Assembly: GCA_010909165.1 (NCBI GenBank)
Contig: MU008196.1
Coordinates: 620,001-684,000, forward strand
Reading direction: 5' to 3'
DNA from: Anthoceros angustus
Taxonomy: Eukaryota > Plantae > Anthocerotophyta
Length of the DNA: 64,000 nt
Shown here in pieces: positions 1-12,418 of the stretch. The notes under the pieces were generated by a model. That model saw nothing but the letters and a program-made list of their open reading frames with translations. It was not told where the DNA came from and did not search any database. The position numbers and the translations under genes were made by a program. Positions within the stretch are counted from its first letter, which is position 1. Every line of letters starts with the position of its first letter.

Positions 1-275
1 GGTATGAATATCATATCCTGACATAAATGTCATTCCTTGTAAAGTCTTAGTACCCATTTGCTTTTGAGTACTACAAAGAACTTGTAAAATACTCATGAAG
101 CTACAAGTATCCTTCTATTTTGTGTGTCATGCTAAATGCATTTACTTTCTTTATATCAAAATATATGTACGCTAATATGAAATCTGTATGGACTTATGTG
201 AAAATAGATATACATCATCTGCGATTGCAATGATTTGTATATACCTTTCACAATTCCTTTACGAATATCTAATAC

Positions 276-827
276 AATAACACCCCTTTTGAGGTGGGGC
301 GATCCGCGATTAGCGACAAAACATCACGGACACCAAAGACTAGGCCTCCAAGTAGCCCGCCGTCCTTCCACGGACTTGCGGTCGACTTGTCTGCCCATTG
401 CTATTTATTCCAAAGAGTCAACAAGAATACATGAGAGATCGAGAGCTCCCCATCTTTGCCTAAGCTAGGAGCTTAGCTCTCCCTCGATCTCCTCCTCAAC
501 GCTCTCCTCTAGCACGCTCACACTCTAGGCACCAGTCCTATCCTCACAAGAGTGTAGCTCCCAAGTGCTAGGATCCTTCTAGACATGCTCACTCTAGGCT
601 CCCAAGGCCTTTAGGCTCCAAAGTCCTATCCTCAAGAGTGTAGCTCCCATGCTAGGATCACAAGATATCTCTAGGGCTAGCCTCATCTCCTTATATAGGA
701 GGCTTACATCATTCAAAGTAAGCTAAGCGGACTTTCTTCCTTAAGCCCTAAGCTAAGTCTTACCACCACTACTTACAACTTACTAACTAGATCCGAGGTG
801 CATGCTTCTCATGCAAGGCTCGTTACT
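276..827 (-). repeat. 3' LTR of the gypsy element
   Basis: Near-identical to 6173-6737. Both end in ...GGCTCGTTACT on the + strand. The left boundary is uncertain (276-281). Confidence 0.9.
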
Positions 828-838
828 TTCTCCCCATC
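828..838 (-). promoter_or_regulatory. Polypurine tract of the gypsy element
   Basis: Minus strand GATGGGGAGAA immediately precedes the 3' LTR. Confidence 0.75.
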
Positions 839-3800
839 GAAAAGAATCACATCCTCGATGATAGCCAACGTCGAGAGATCATCCAGATCCTTTCGAATAT
901 CCTCTAACGTTACCCAAACCGGATCGAGATCCCACGCAACTTTACCATATCGTGGTACGATTCCACGCTTTGTAGGCACGCTACTCTCGCAAGGAATTCC
1001 TCAATTTCCGCATTCCTTGATTATCTTTGCGAACACTGTACTTCTTGTCCATGTCTTCTTTCTCTTTGCACACAAATGGTTTCGAGTGATACATGAAACA
1101 CATTGTGTGCAAAAATCCATTCAGCTAACTTGTAAGCCACTTCTCCAATGCGCTTCAAGACTACAAATGGACCACCATATCTTGGCCTTAACTTAAGAGT
1201 TAATCCTTGAGGTAATGGGAAATGCTTCAATTTCACCCATACTTTATCCCCAACGTTGAAGACAGCTTTCTCCGTGCCTATCAAAGATATTTCTTCCGAC
1301 GTGCTTGAGCCTTGGCTAAAATTCCTTTGGCAATCTCATGCCTAGCCTTCAACCGCTCAATGAATCGGCGTGGATCTCTAGTGGTAGTATCGAAAACTTC
1401 AGCATTTAGCATGGATACCATCCGGTCAATTTCCTCCCATCTCAAAAGGACTACATCCAAGAGAGGCGTATGTGTTGTTATAACAAAATTGCATCGTCTA
1501 GATGATCACCAATCCTCCGATCAATCGCACATAATGCCTTAAGTATTCTTCTTGGATTCGTTGACTCGCTCGGTTGAGCCATCGATCGGATGGAAAGTCG
1601 TGCTCATACATAATTCCACATTCAAGCATTTCATCAAATGCTGCCAAAATTCTCCTGTGAACCTTGGATCCCTGTCACTCACAATCTGCATAGGTAAGCC
1701 ATGGTACTTGTATACATACTTCTTAAACAAGTGGCTACCTCGGCCACTCTTCTTTGTAGGGATGAAATGTGCTTGTTTGGTGAATCTATCCACCACATGA
1801 TATGTACAACCATTCTTTGGTGGCAAAGGCATGATAAAATCCATAGAGATACTCTTCCAAGGTCCACTTGGAATAGGTAGTAGCAAACCTCTTGGTTTAG
1901 CTTGCTCCACCTTATCTTGCGACAAACAGACATGCCTTGACATAATCCACATATCGATACATTCCGGCCAAAAAGCCTTCCTTAGCTTCTCATAAGTGGG
2001 GTCAATTCCACGGTGACTGCACTTGGCACATCATGACATTCAAGAAGCAATTTGCTCTTCAACTCAAGAATTTGGGATCACAATCCTCCTCTTGTATATC
2101 AACAAACCATCCCTCAATTTGAACTTGCTTCCTTTCTCTATTCCATTAATCCGATCCACGAACATCCGGATCCCGCAGATATGCTTCCTTGATCTTTGTG
2201 AGTGTCCATAGGTTCAACCAGCATTGCCATTGCCTTTACTTCCTGACTCTTTTTGCGACTCAGCGCATCCGCAACCTTATTCTCTTTTCCAGGTTTATAC
2301 TTGAGAGTCACATCATACATAGCTAGGAAATCTTGCCATCTAGCTTGTCTTGCATTCAACTTCAATCAACTCAACTGGTTAGAGAAGTATGTTGTGCTGA
2401 TATTATCAGTATAGAGCACAAAAGATCTGCCCAAGAGATAGTGTCTCCATACCTTCAGACAATGAATGACAGCAGTCATTTCCTTCTCATAGGTGGGATA
2501 CTTCAACTCATAAGGATGCAATTTCCTTGACTCAAAAGCTATCGGCTTATGGTCTTGCATCAACACTCCACCTATGGCCACGTCTGAGGCATCGCTGTAC
2601 ACTTCCACATCCTTCTTGGGATCATACATTCCTAAAACCGGAGTTGTACTCAATTTCATCTTCAAGTATTCAAATGCTGCTTGACATTCAGCATCCCACT
2701 TCCAAGCTTTCGTCATCTTTAAGAGGTCAGTTATGGGGGCTGCTATCTTAGCAAACATATGTACAAATCTCCTGTACACAGAAGCCAAACCCATAAAACT
2801 GCGAACCTCATGAATGTTCCTAGGAGGTTGCCAATCTTGAATGGCCCTCACCTTATCAGGATCCATTCTGATGCCATCAGCAGAGACAATAAAGCCTAAG
2901 AAAGCTACCTCTATCTTGACAAAGTCACACTTCTTAATTGCCAAGAACAAAGAATTCTCTCTTAGCTTCTGTAACACTTCTCTTAAGTGTTCAGCATGTT
3001 CCTCCAAGGTATGGCTAAAGATCAAAATGTCATCCAGATAGATTACAACACACTTGTCCACCAGATCTACGAATATAGTATTCATAAGTGTATGAAATGT
3101 GACAGGTGCATTAGTAAGTCCAAATGGCATGTCTAGAAATTCAAAAGCCCCATACACCGGTCCTACAAATTTTGTACTCATGTCCTCTGCGATTCGATCG
3201 ATAGTACCCGCCATCGATCTAGCTTGGTGAAATACTTGGCACCCTTCAACTCAAACATATCATCCATTCTTGGCAAAGGATATGCATTCTTCAACGTAAT
3301 TTGATTCGAGCTCGTAATCTAAACACATCCTTAGTCCTCCATTCTTCTTGCGTAAACAATACCGGCGCACCAAAGGAGACTTAGAGACTCGATATATCCC
3401 TTTGCCAGCAAGTTGGATAGTTGTCGCTTGAGTTCCTGTAGCTCATCCTGCGACAATCTATATGGTGCTCTTGACGGAGGCGTACTCCCTGGCCTCAATT
3501 CAATCTCATGATCTACTACTCTATGAGACGGTAAAGGTGGCAATTCATCAGGCATCAAATCCTTAAAGTCATCCAAGACAGCCTGTAATTCCTTCGGGAT
3601 GTCTTTCTCTTCTGAGGATTCTTCCTCAAGACCATCCTCTAATCCAGCATAACTAGATAAAGCTCCTTCTTACATCTTATGTCTGCTTGAGCTCTCTTTT
3701 GAAATCAACTGTCGAGCACATCTCAAGCTTGACTAAGATTAGCACAAACCACCTTGTGCTTTCCATTCTTCAATATCTCAATGGTGCGGGACTTCACATC

Positions 3801-4100
3801 TACACGCACTTCATTGGATTTCATCCACTCTAGACCCAAGATAACATCATGGTCATCCATGTCTACAATCGTGAAACTCATGTATCCTTCCCACGCTTCT
3901 ATTTGCAGCTTTACTCCATGCAATTCACCCAAGAAAAGCGAGTTCCTTTAGCTTGCTTGATTCCATATGGCGGAAGTACTAGCCCATTCTAGCCCAAGCT
4001 CTTTCGCCTTGCGAGTTATAAAATTGTGGGTGAGTCCAACAATAACTCTACTTCTAAGCCATTCATCTTTCCACATATGTACATAAGGGCTCCACCTTCC
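830..4100 (-). pseudogene. pol (aspartic protease-RT-RNase H-integrase-chromodomain), many frameshifts
   Basis: ORF pieces 3723-3932 (DVILGLEWM), 3331-3576 (HEIEL..PPSRAPYRLS), 2366-3214 (RT/RH), 2138-2365, 1539-1952 (integrase core), 1021-1284 (KLRPRYGGPF). Chromodomain-like EIEEFL...RY.VK...WVTLED at ~870-1010. Confidence 0.92.
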
Positions 4101-4109
4101 TCAAAATAG

Positions 4110-5083
4110 TGTCATCCTTGACACTAGATGACTCACCACATCGTCACCACAACATGGTAGCGTCATTTGGGCTCTGCAGCTCACGAATCCTAAGTCCGGA
4201 GCTTGAGGATTGGCTATCATTCGTTGGGAATTCCCAGCATGCGGACAATCTTTCGCAAGTGTCCTTGCTCTCCTCCCAAGACGCACCAAATTGAGGGCCT
4301 CGTCCTTTGGCTTCCACGGCCACGACCTCTATTGGCTCCTCTTCCTCTTCCTCTCCTCGCCAACATTATCATTTGTTCCAATATGCCCGTGTTGGTGGCT
4401 CTTCCTCTACCTCGTGATCTTCCTTGAAAAGATCTTGGATACCTTCCTCACGAAGACCGGTGCTTCCTCGGCACGACTTGTGTCGTATCGCTGACCACAA
4501 TAGCCTCTCGAGTTTGAGGTTTGTCATCGATTCTATCCAGGCCCACCTTTGAGTCCACTATAAAACCTGTGGAGCTTATCCACCTCCCGCATATCGGCAT
4601 TGTAACACAATTGCTAAATTCACTCACATCTTGCAACATTCCTGTGCTTACATTCTCTAGCATCCTTCTTGCCGGCATAGATGCATTAGTTGGTGGAATT
4701 GAAGTTGTGCATCTTTGAATTACGGTGGAAATAGTTTCCACTCTATTACCTTGTTCAATACTCGAACATAAGTTCTCCACCAAGTAAGGCGTACCCTTCT
4801 AAGAAGTTAACGATGTGATCTAGATACTCTTCTGCGGAATCCTGCGGCAAGTATCCTTCCAATGAGAAAACCACGAATTGATTTTCTCCACATCTCGTTC
4901 ACCCTTATACCTATCTGGGTGAACGCTTAGCCTCAACTTCTTGGGTCTCCTTGCTCTACTCCTTTTTTCGGGCTCCAATTTCCCTTCATCATCCTTCTCC
5001 TTCATCGAGCTTCCTTTTCCTTGTACTTGTTGCTCTAGAGCTTCCATTCTCCTCAAAAGATTTTGAAGCTCCTCTTGCGGCAT
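4110..5083 (-). pseudogene. gag of the gypsy element
   Basis: ATG at 5083 (MPQEELQNLL...PDRYKGERD...SWF). A degenerate CCHC knuckle (…GEQGHL.KDCPH) lies at ~4240-4290. Confidence 0.8.
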
Positions 5084-5139
5084 GGTGACGGTCTTGGAGG
5101 TCTGCCTCTGCCGTTCGAATTAGTGGCTCCATCGGGGCT

Positions 5140-6172
5140 CATCCCCTTTAAAGCTAGCAACATCTGGAGCGATCCATGATTGATAACAAAACATCACAGA
5201 CACCGACACTAGGCCTCCAAGTAGCCCGCCGTCCTTCCACGGACGACTCATCGGCCATCCGCTATTTATTCCGGCAAGAGTCAACAAGAATACATGAGAG
5301 ATCGAGAGAGCTCCCCATCTTTGCCTAAGCTAGGAGCTTAGCTCTCTCCCTCGATCTCCTCCTCAGCGGCTCCTCTTCCTCTTCCTCTACCTCAACATTA
5401 TCATTTGTTCCAATATGCCCAGTGTTGGTGGCTCTTCCTCTACCTCGTGATCTTCCTTGAAAAGATCTTGGATACCTTCCTCCGAAAGACACCGGTGCTT
5501 CCTCACGACTTGTGTCGGTATCGCATCTGCAGCCACAATAGCCTCTCGAGTTTGAGGTTTGTCATCGATTCTATCCAGGCCCACCTTTGAGTCCACTATA
5601 AACCGTGGAGCTTATCCACCTCCGCATATCGGCATTGTAACACAAGTGCTAAATTCACTCACTTGCCGCAACATTCTGTGTGCTTCACATTCTCTAGCAT
5701 CCTTCTTGCCAAAGATGCATTAGTTGGTGGAATTGAAGTTGCATCTTTGAATTACGGTGGAAATAGTTTCCACTCTATTACCTTGTTCAATACTCGAACA
5801 TAAGTTCTCCACCAAGTAAGGCGTACCCTTCTAAGAAGTTAACGATGTGATCTAGATACTCTTCTGCGGAATCCTTTTGCGAAGTATCCTTCCAATGAGA
5901 AAACCACGAATTGATTTTCTCCACATCTCGTTCACCCTTATACCTATACGAAACTTAGCCTCAACTTCTTGGGTCTCCTTGCTCTACTCCTTTTTACGGG
6001 AGCTCCAATTCGTCCTTCATCATCCTTCTACTTTCGAGCTTCCTTTTCCTTGTACTTGTTGCTCTAGAGCTTCCATTCTCCTCAAAAGATTTTGAAGCTC
6101 CTCTTGCGGCATGGTGACGGTCTTGACCCGGTATACACTTTCTGCCGTTCAGTTAGTGGCTCCATCAGGCTC
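5140..6172 (-). repeat. Internal duplicate of gag plus a partial LTR
   Basis: 5365-6172 repeats ~4335-5140, and 5140-5365 is a partial LTR. The copies differ mainly by indels. Confidence 0.85.
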
Positions 6173-6737
6173 ATCCCCTTTCTGCTTCAAGCAGGTGGGG
6201 CGATCAAATTAGCGACAAAACATCACCGGACACCACACTAGGCCTCCAAGTAGCCCGCGCCGTCCTTCCACGGACGACTCGCGGTCGACACATGCAGCTA
6301 TTTATTCCGACAAGTCAACAAGAATACATGAGAGATCGAGAGAGCTCCCCATCTTTGCCTAAGCTAGGAGCTTAGCTCTCTCCCTCGATCTCCTCCTCAG
6401 CCTCCTCTAGCACGCTCACACTCTAGGCACCAAAGTCCTATCCTCACAAGAGTGTAGCTCCCAAGTGCTAGGATCCTTCTAGACATGCTCACACTCTAGA
6501 CTCCCAAGGCCTCTAGGCACCAAAGTCCTATCCTCAAGAGTGTAGCTCCCCATGCTAGGATCACAAGATGCCTCTAGGGCTAGCCTCATCTCCTTATATA
6601 GGGAGGCTTACATCATTTCCAAAGTAACTGCTTAAGCAGACTTTCTTCCTTAAGCCCTAAGCTAAGTCTTACCACCACTACTTACAACTTACTAACTAGA
6701 TCCAGGGCTGCATGCTTCTCATGCAAGGCTCGTTACT
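6173..6737 (-). repeat. 5' LTR of the gypsy element
   Basis: Direct repeat of 276-827, with a TATA-like TATATAAG on the minus strand near 6594-6601. Confidence 0.9.
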
Positions 6738-6989
6738 AATACTGTAGTTTTAAATTTCTATCATGAATATATTTATATATATTTATATCAATAAATTACA
6801 AATAACAATAATCTATAATACAAATAATTCGATTGAATACACAATATTTTATAATTTTAAAATAACACAATCATTCAACAATTACAACATCCAGCTTTTA
6901 TGTCAATCCAATCTAGGGCTTTTTGTGCACGATTCTCCTCGCTCGAAACGAGCTACTCGAGACCATGATCCCTACCCATCAATAGGAAC

Positions 6990-7815
6990 TCACAGGTCAA
7001 ATTTTTTTTGCAGGGTGCGCCTAACATATGCATTCAACCCATACGCTACAAAGTTGAAGAGCCCCTGCAATCATACAGATGTAAGAGGCTATCATACAGG
7101 ATCAGAGACTGAAAATCCGCCAAGGCAGGTTGCCCTTATCTTGAGAGCTGCTGTGCCGATGTGAATGCAATATAGCCAGAACAGCCGTTTACGTGGTTTC
7201 ACACAATGATGAGTTCGGTTGACAGTTCCAAAAGTGGACTCCAGGAGCCTATCAGAATCAATGGATAATAGCCCACCTGTTCATGGCCTGAAAAGATGAT
7301 AACGAAGTTCACAGTGACAGCCAGGTAATGGCATGTAAAGGCGAAGTAATGTTATAAGCAACAACCACACCGAACGGTAGGGACAAGGTTTTGCATTCGG
7401 TTACCTACCTTCATGTCAGTGCGCACCTCAACTTGTCGCTGACGTTCAGACATGCCCACTGCCATCTGCAATAACCAAGTGCTTAAATCAAGCAATATAT
7501 GGCAGATGGAACTAACGGGCTTGAGCCTGATGACGGCGACAGAAAGCCAGATACTTACTCGGGTTGTATGATTTATCATGCGAATGACTGGAAAGTAAGC
7601 TGTTCCGTTGAACAGTATAGCTCCCCATAGGGGTACATAGAATGTGATAAACCGTAGCACCTGGTACCAGAGTTTTGATAGTTGGCATCCATGGTTGCAC
7701 AGTGGTCCTCCCACACTGCAATCGAAGAAAACCACAAAGTTTCCATACCTTTCCTGTAGTTGTCTCTATCCTGACCAAACACCAAGCACCAGCCGGTCCA
7801 TAGTCATTTGAGCTG
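6990..7815 (-). pseudogene. GCR1: GCR1 (plant 7-TM G-protein-coupled receptor-like), C-terminal exons only
   Basis: Exons read NDYGPAGAWC..TGK, VLRFITFYVPLWGAILFNG.AYF.VIRM, MAVGMSERQ, MNRWAYYPLILIGSW, IGTAALK and GLFNFVAYGLNAYVRRTLQ, collinear with Arabidopsis GCR1. GT-AG introns are retained. There is a frameshift, and the 5' half is missing. Confidence 0.88.
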
Positions 7816-7870
7816 CAAATGCCGATAAATTGACCACTGCACGAGGAAAGACATGAAGATCACCACTAAC

Positions 7871-8985
7871 CTGTCCAAACTTGAAATTCGGCAGTCCTTC
7901 TTGGACCACCAATGCATTAGAGGCCACTCCCAAATGCATCTTCCAGTGCCTGAACGTGCACACAAAAAGAACCTTTAGATGGTCCAGAAAACTATACAGT
8001 ATGGCACATTGTTGTAGTAACATATGTCAGTCAGTGCAGGGATGACTACACCTAGCTGACATGCCGAGAATGAACAGGAGCGTACCAACTAAAGTTCAAA
8101 CCGGTCCGTTGTGGGTTTCAGGACTTCCATGTCAGTTAGATCATCTGCAAGGTAACGCCATTCTCCACTCACAAGATGGGCAATTGATGCAAACATGGCA
8201 GCATGATGCATCTTCTCCATGTGACAAAGCAGGCTGAAGTCCAAGTACCTGTACCACAATCATTGACCCTCACTGATATCACAATCAATGACTGATTGTG
8301 ATATCTGCAATCCAGACCAATGCACTGGCTGTAGAACCGTCTGAACAGTCGATGAAATCCAGTATTATAAGATTCAGCACGCTCTCACTTTGCCACCTAC
8401 CATCGGCATGAGATGTCGCTTTGCTTCATTCTGATCCTCAACACTAGCCACCTGACCATCCGACGAATGCCCCTCTGCAATTAGTTGCGTGTCCCAAGGT
8501 CGATCACCTTGCACCCATTCCATAGACAGGACCCTCTTGGTAGTCATGGGAAGCAGCAGGAGGCAGGAGGCAGGAGGCAGGAGGCAGGAGGCAGGAGGCA
8601 GGAGGCAGGAGGCAGGAGGCAGGAGGCAGGAGGCAGGAGGCAGGAGGCAGGAGGCAGGAGGCAGGAGGCAGGAGGCAGGAGGAGGCAGGAGGCAGGAGGC
8701 AGGAGGCAGGGGACAGGAACCACGATGTACTTCAAGTGAGCACGTGCTTCCTACAAGGAAAAGCCACCAATTGTGATCCAATTAACAGAGTCCAAGCAAT
8801 AAAGCTGCCAGAAGGATGGCTACATGTTACGACAGCTCTGGAGCAACAGCTGCTTGGACAATCCAAAACCTTCATGAGAAAATAGTTCGATCCATACTCA
8901 AAATTCTTCCACATTTGTGGCTTCCATGTTGTAGTCAAGCTCCCATGCAGACCCCGTCCAAGCTCATCAGCCAAACCTAACCCTG
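7871..8985 (-). pseudogene. ABC1K/UbiB atypical kinase (ATH8/ABC1K4-like), internal exons
   Basis: ADELGRGL.(E)LDYNMEA, AHLKYIVVP...TKRVLSMEWVQG, YLDFSLLCHMEK.H..AMFASIAHLVSGEW..L..DLTDMEV and ALEDAF...EGLPNFKFGQ, with frameshifts, a stop and a repeat insertion. Confidence 0.8.
8557..8709 (+). repeat. (CAGGAGG)n heptamer array, about 21 units
   Basis: Directly visible perfect tandem repeat with one slipped unit. Confidence 0.97.
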
Positions 8986-9833
8986 CCGCAACCACCGCCA
9001 ATTGAACAAACAATACGAACACCAAAATGATCTTACAAAACAGAACAACAAAGCCGCACGCATCATCCTTTCAGAACAAAGCCAGTCTCAGCAAGGAAAC
9101 CCCGTCCGACAGCACCAGCCGAAAGCTCCTGCGAGGTGGAATTGCTCCCGATCGCCTTGATGTCAATCACCGGTGCCGCCATCGCTTATCTTGCCGCAGC
9201 TGGCCGAGATTCCTCCCTACGCTTGCTACCCTTGCTGGAGTCCGAACCGTTGGCGCTCACCGCAGCTGAGCGAAATGTGTTCATACACTGAAATCTGCTA
9301 TCCTAAAGTGTACATGGCGATGCAGCCAGGATGCCCCTCCGTCCCTCCTGCAACTCCCAAACCCCAACCCCAAGCCTACCTGAGAATCCAAACTGTAGCA
9401 GGGAACATCACTCACAGGCAAGTAGCTTGTAATTACATTTGAAACTCACGTGTCACGGAAACACTTCCTTCAACAAAAACTCCTTGTCATGTGTCTTCAT
9501 TGAGGTAGATTTTTTTCGGGGACAAGACGGTACATTGGGAACAAATGGTGGGGCTGTTCTAAGGCATACAATGCCAGGTGAAGCTTCTACCGACCACAGC
9601 CTATCCTGTTCTCACCACCAACAAGCAGTAGCACACAATGAAAAATTGCGAGAGCCTTCCCTCCTGAGATCATTCTGCGATTTGAGGGCCTCTCCTCCGT
9701 GCTAGTGGCTGTTCTGCACCTTTCCTACCATAAAGGAGTACATATTTATCCGACGTGAAGGCATGCGCAGGCTTCAATGCCCTGCCTACCAACGTATGTA
9801 AACACCCACGTGTAATCACTGTCCACAGTAAGA

Positions 9834-10660
9834 TCACACAACTTGGTAGCTATCAACCACCAGCTGAGTGGGTATGGCGATTTTGCAAGAGATCCACTTT
9901 GCGTGTTCTTAACGATGCGGACCTTGATATCACAGCACGTCTTGGTGGCAGTGAATTTCACATCAATCGGGAGAAGGCCGACGGGTCTGCTAACTCCATG
10001 GTCCCATTCCGATTGGTATTACCAATTAAGGTGATGGACCATTCTAGGACGGACTTTCGTGCATCATACGTCCAGTCTCCATCAACTTGATTCATGCTTG
10101 GTGGATCCCGCAAAGGTGGCAAGGGTATGCTGATTACAACATTTTGCAGATCAAATGCTTTCAAGGCTTCATACTCGATGTTGATGTAACATTCCCCGCC
10201 AGAGACAGAGGCTAGGGCCAGCAGTTTATACCAAGAGGAACAAGAGAGTCCTGCTTGCTTTGCATTCGCCATCAATATGCATCTTCTTATGTTTGAACAA
10301 ATAACGAACGCCATTTTACACTGCACTTCAAAATTCTCCACACCACCGTCCTTCTTCAAAGTGACGTCAAGCCTGTCTTCCACAATAATAGTGATAGGAT
10401 CTGTAGGAATAAAAGTTGTCTGCAAAGGCCGAGGTGCAGCATGGACATCCTCTACAATCACTTCACCTTCCGCCTTCAAGGATTCTAAGAACTGGTTTGC
10501 CTTCTGTGACTTGCCAAGCTTCATACCAGCTCCTTGGGCAACAAAAGGGACAGGTTGTGTTGACCGTCCTTTGGTTTTCCGAAGGGTCTGAATCTAGGCC
10601 TGAGCCAAATCCCGAACTGCTGCCAAAGCCACCGCTCCCAAGATCGGATCACTGATACCA
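9834..10660 (-). pseudogene. Coatomer subunit delta (delta-COP), C-terminal fragment with internal deletion and no visible introns
   Basis: GSGGFGSSSGFG...GMKLGKSQKANQFLESLKAEGE, PTDPITIIVEDRLDV.LKKDGGVENFEVQ, RMQ...VPLGINCWP.SVSG..YINIEYEA, DLQNVVISIPLP, YDARKSVLEWSI and ending TQLVVDSYQVV*. Confidence 0.9.
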
Positions 10661-10695
10661 TTGTCAAAATATGTGATGGCTCCCGAAGAGTTAAC

Positions 10696-11292
10696 ACACA
10701 GAGGGGCAGGCTGCACTCAGAGATTGTCAAAAGAGGATTGCTGGAAAATGTAGTGTTGGTCAACTGCCTGGTGGACATGTATGCAAAATGTGGTGAACTG
10801 GAAGACGCACGCCAGGTTTTTGAGAGCTTGGCCATAAAGAATGTGGTGACATGGAATGCCCTGATTGCTGGGTACGCACAGCAACTTGGAACCGGGCAAG
10901 AAGCTCTCGTTGTGTGTCGACAAATGGAGCAGTAAGACCTCATTTTGGCTGACCATGTTACTTTTGCTTGCCTTCTGAAGGCCTGTGCAACCACTGGTGC
11001 CATACAGAGGGGCAGGCAGCCGCAGAGATTGTCAAAAGAGGACTGCTGGAAAATGTAATGTTGGGCAACTGCCTGGTGGACATGTATGCAAAACGTGGTG
11101 AACTGGACGACGCACGCCAGGTTTTTGAGAGCTTGGCCATAAAGAATGAGGTGACATGGAATGCCCTGATTGCTGGGTATGCACAGCAACTTGGAACTGG
11201 GCAAGAAGCTCTCGTTGTGTATCGACAAATGGAGCAAGAGGACCTCATTTTGGCTGACCATGTTACTTTTACTTGCCTTCTGAAGGCCTGTA
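10696..11292 (+). pseudogene. PLS-class pentatricopeptide repeat gene fragment (two near-identical motif triplets)
   Basis: NCLVDMYAKCGELEDARQVFE..KNVVTWNALIAGYAQ...DHVTFACLLKAC occurs twice ~305 bp apart, with a stop at 10933-10935 and a frameshift. Confidence 0.9.
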
Positions 11293-11708
11293 ACCTTTTG
11301 GTGTTAACCACATTAAACATGCAACCACTGGTTGCATGTTTAAGCTGTGGTGGCCAACCCCATTGGGTTCCACGGAGACAAGCTGCAGAACATAATTCTC
11401 ATCTCACAACAGTGTCCCCATGACACACTAGCAACTCAAGAATGCAAGGACTGCACAATGAGATTGATTCACGAGCAAAGTCAGCCCAATTCTGGAGTCC
11501 AGCCTTGCTTTTCGTCAGCAATTTCCCATGTCCTGAGCAGAGCTTAACTGCCCGCTGTTTAGGAACTTTGTAGGCACTGCCATTCACCGTCCAGGTCAGT
11601 CCACCGACCCTGGCCTGGCTGCTGTAGAGGCCGGGTTAGTGCGTGGAGAGGACGCGTTTGTGAGCGGCCTAGTCCTGTCCATGCACCTCCGACAGCGGTC
11701 CCTGAACG

Positions 11709-12383
11709 ATGGCCACAGCGAAGGCTGAAGCTTCTTTTCTTCTCTTTGCAGTTCGTTGGCTTTCAGGCGGGACCCAGCAAATTGGTGTGTGTACAGGGAT
11801 TCAACGAGGAGCTCCTGCTAACCTCAGCTTAGGGAGTCGACTTCTGGCAAGCAAAGCCTCCAGGTGCAGCAGTGTAAGGAGCCCAGTACTTCCACTTCCG
11901 AGAAAGTGTGTGGATAGGGACGGGTTTTCCAGCTACGGTCGTTGCCAGGAGCAAGAGCACTTGTGGCAGCAATTTTTCTGGACCCTACCCTGTGGTGGGA
12001 CAACAGACGAGGTAAGAAGAGCGCCGTTCCCTGACTTCCAGCGTAAGGGATCCGGCGAGGTGCTGTGATTAAGGAACATGTTTGAGCCAGCTTGGGTTGA
12101 TGAGCACCTCATGTGCATGGATCTGCAGATAGAACATGGTGCCTCTCCTTCCGAGTCCAGCTCCCCGGATAAGCCTAAACCTGGGAGGTATGCAGGATCG
12201 GCAATGGGTGTTGTTATTGCTGTTACCGTGAGCACGTTATGTCAGCAGGGGAAGCTTTTTGATGCCGTTGGAGCCCTGGAACGCTGGCGAACACAGAGTC
12301 TGCCATTTCCCAGTCTCTGTAGCACATTGTATCTAAAACTGTGTACAGCTAAGAAGGATTTGGTTGTGGGGCATCGAGTTCTG
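11709..12383 (+). pseudogene. 5' end of an organelle-targeted PPR gene (transit peptide plus first repeat), truncated
   Basis: ORFs 11709-12068 and 12078-12398 are in one frame with a single TGA. The N-terminus is S/R-rich, followed by LCQQGKLFDAV...YLKLCTAKKDL..GHRV, typical of the start of a PPR array. It breaks at the hairpin. Confidence 0.65.
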
Positions 12384-12418
12384 GTCTCATTCTCCTAAAA
12401 TCATTAGGAGAATGAGAC
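12384..12418. other. Perfect hairpin, 15-bp stem and 5-nt loop
   Basis: GTCTCATTCTCCTAA-AATCA-TTAGGAGAATGAGAC. Confidence 0.95.

Larger units (their letters stand above)
276..6737 (-). mobile_element. Ty3/gypsy LTR retrotransposon, chromovirus type, near full-length, frameshifted
   Basis: Two ~550-bp direct LTRs (~276-827 and ~6173-6737). Minus-strand order is gag, protease, RT ([13 protein letters not shown]), RNase H (YSDASD, YEKEM), integrase (SISMDF, VVDRFTK, IVSDRDPRF, GPF), then chromodomain. Candidate TSD AATAC at 271-275 and 6738-6742. Confidence 0.95.

Noticed and set aside
8374-8781. LLPPASC/QEAGGRR repeat proteins in the ORF track
   Set aside because: These are a by-product of the heptamer array being open in all frames.
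10521-11261. 246-aa minus-strand ORF
   Set aside because: It is antisense to the PPR repeats and runs out of frame into the delta-COP fragment.
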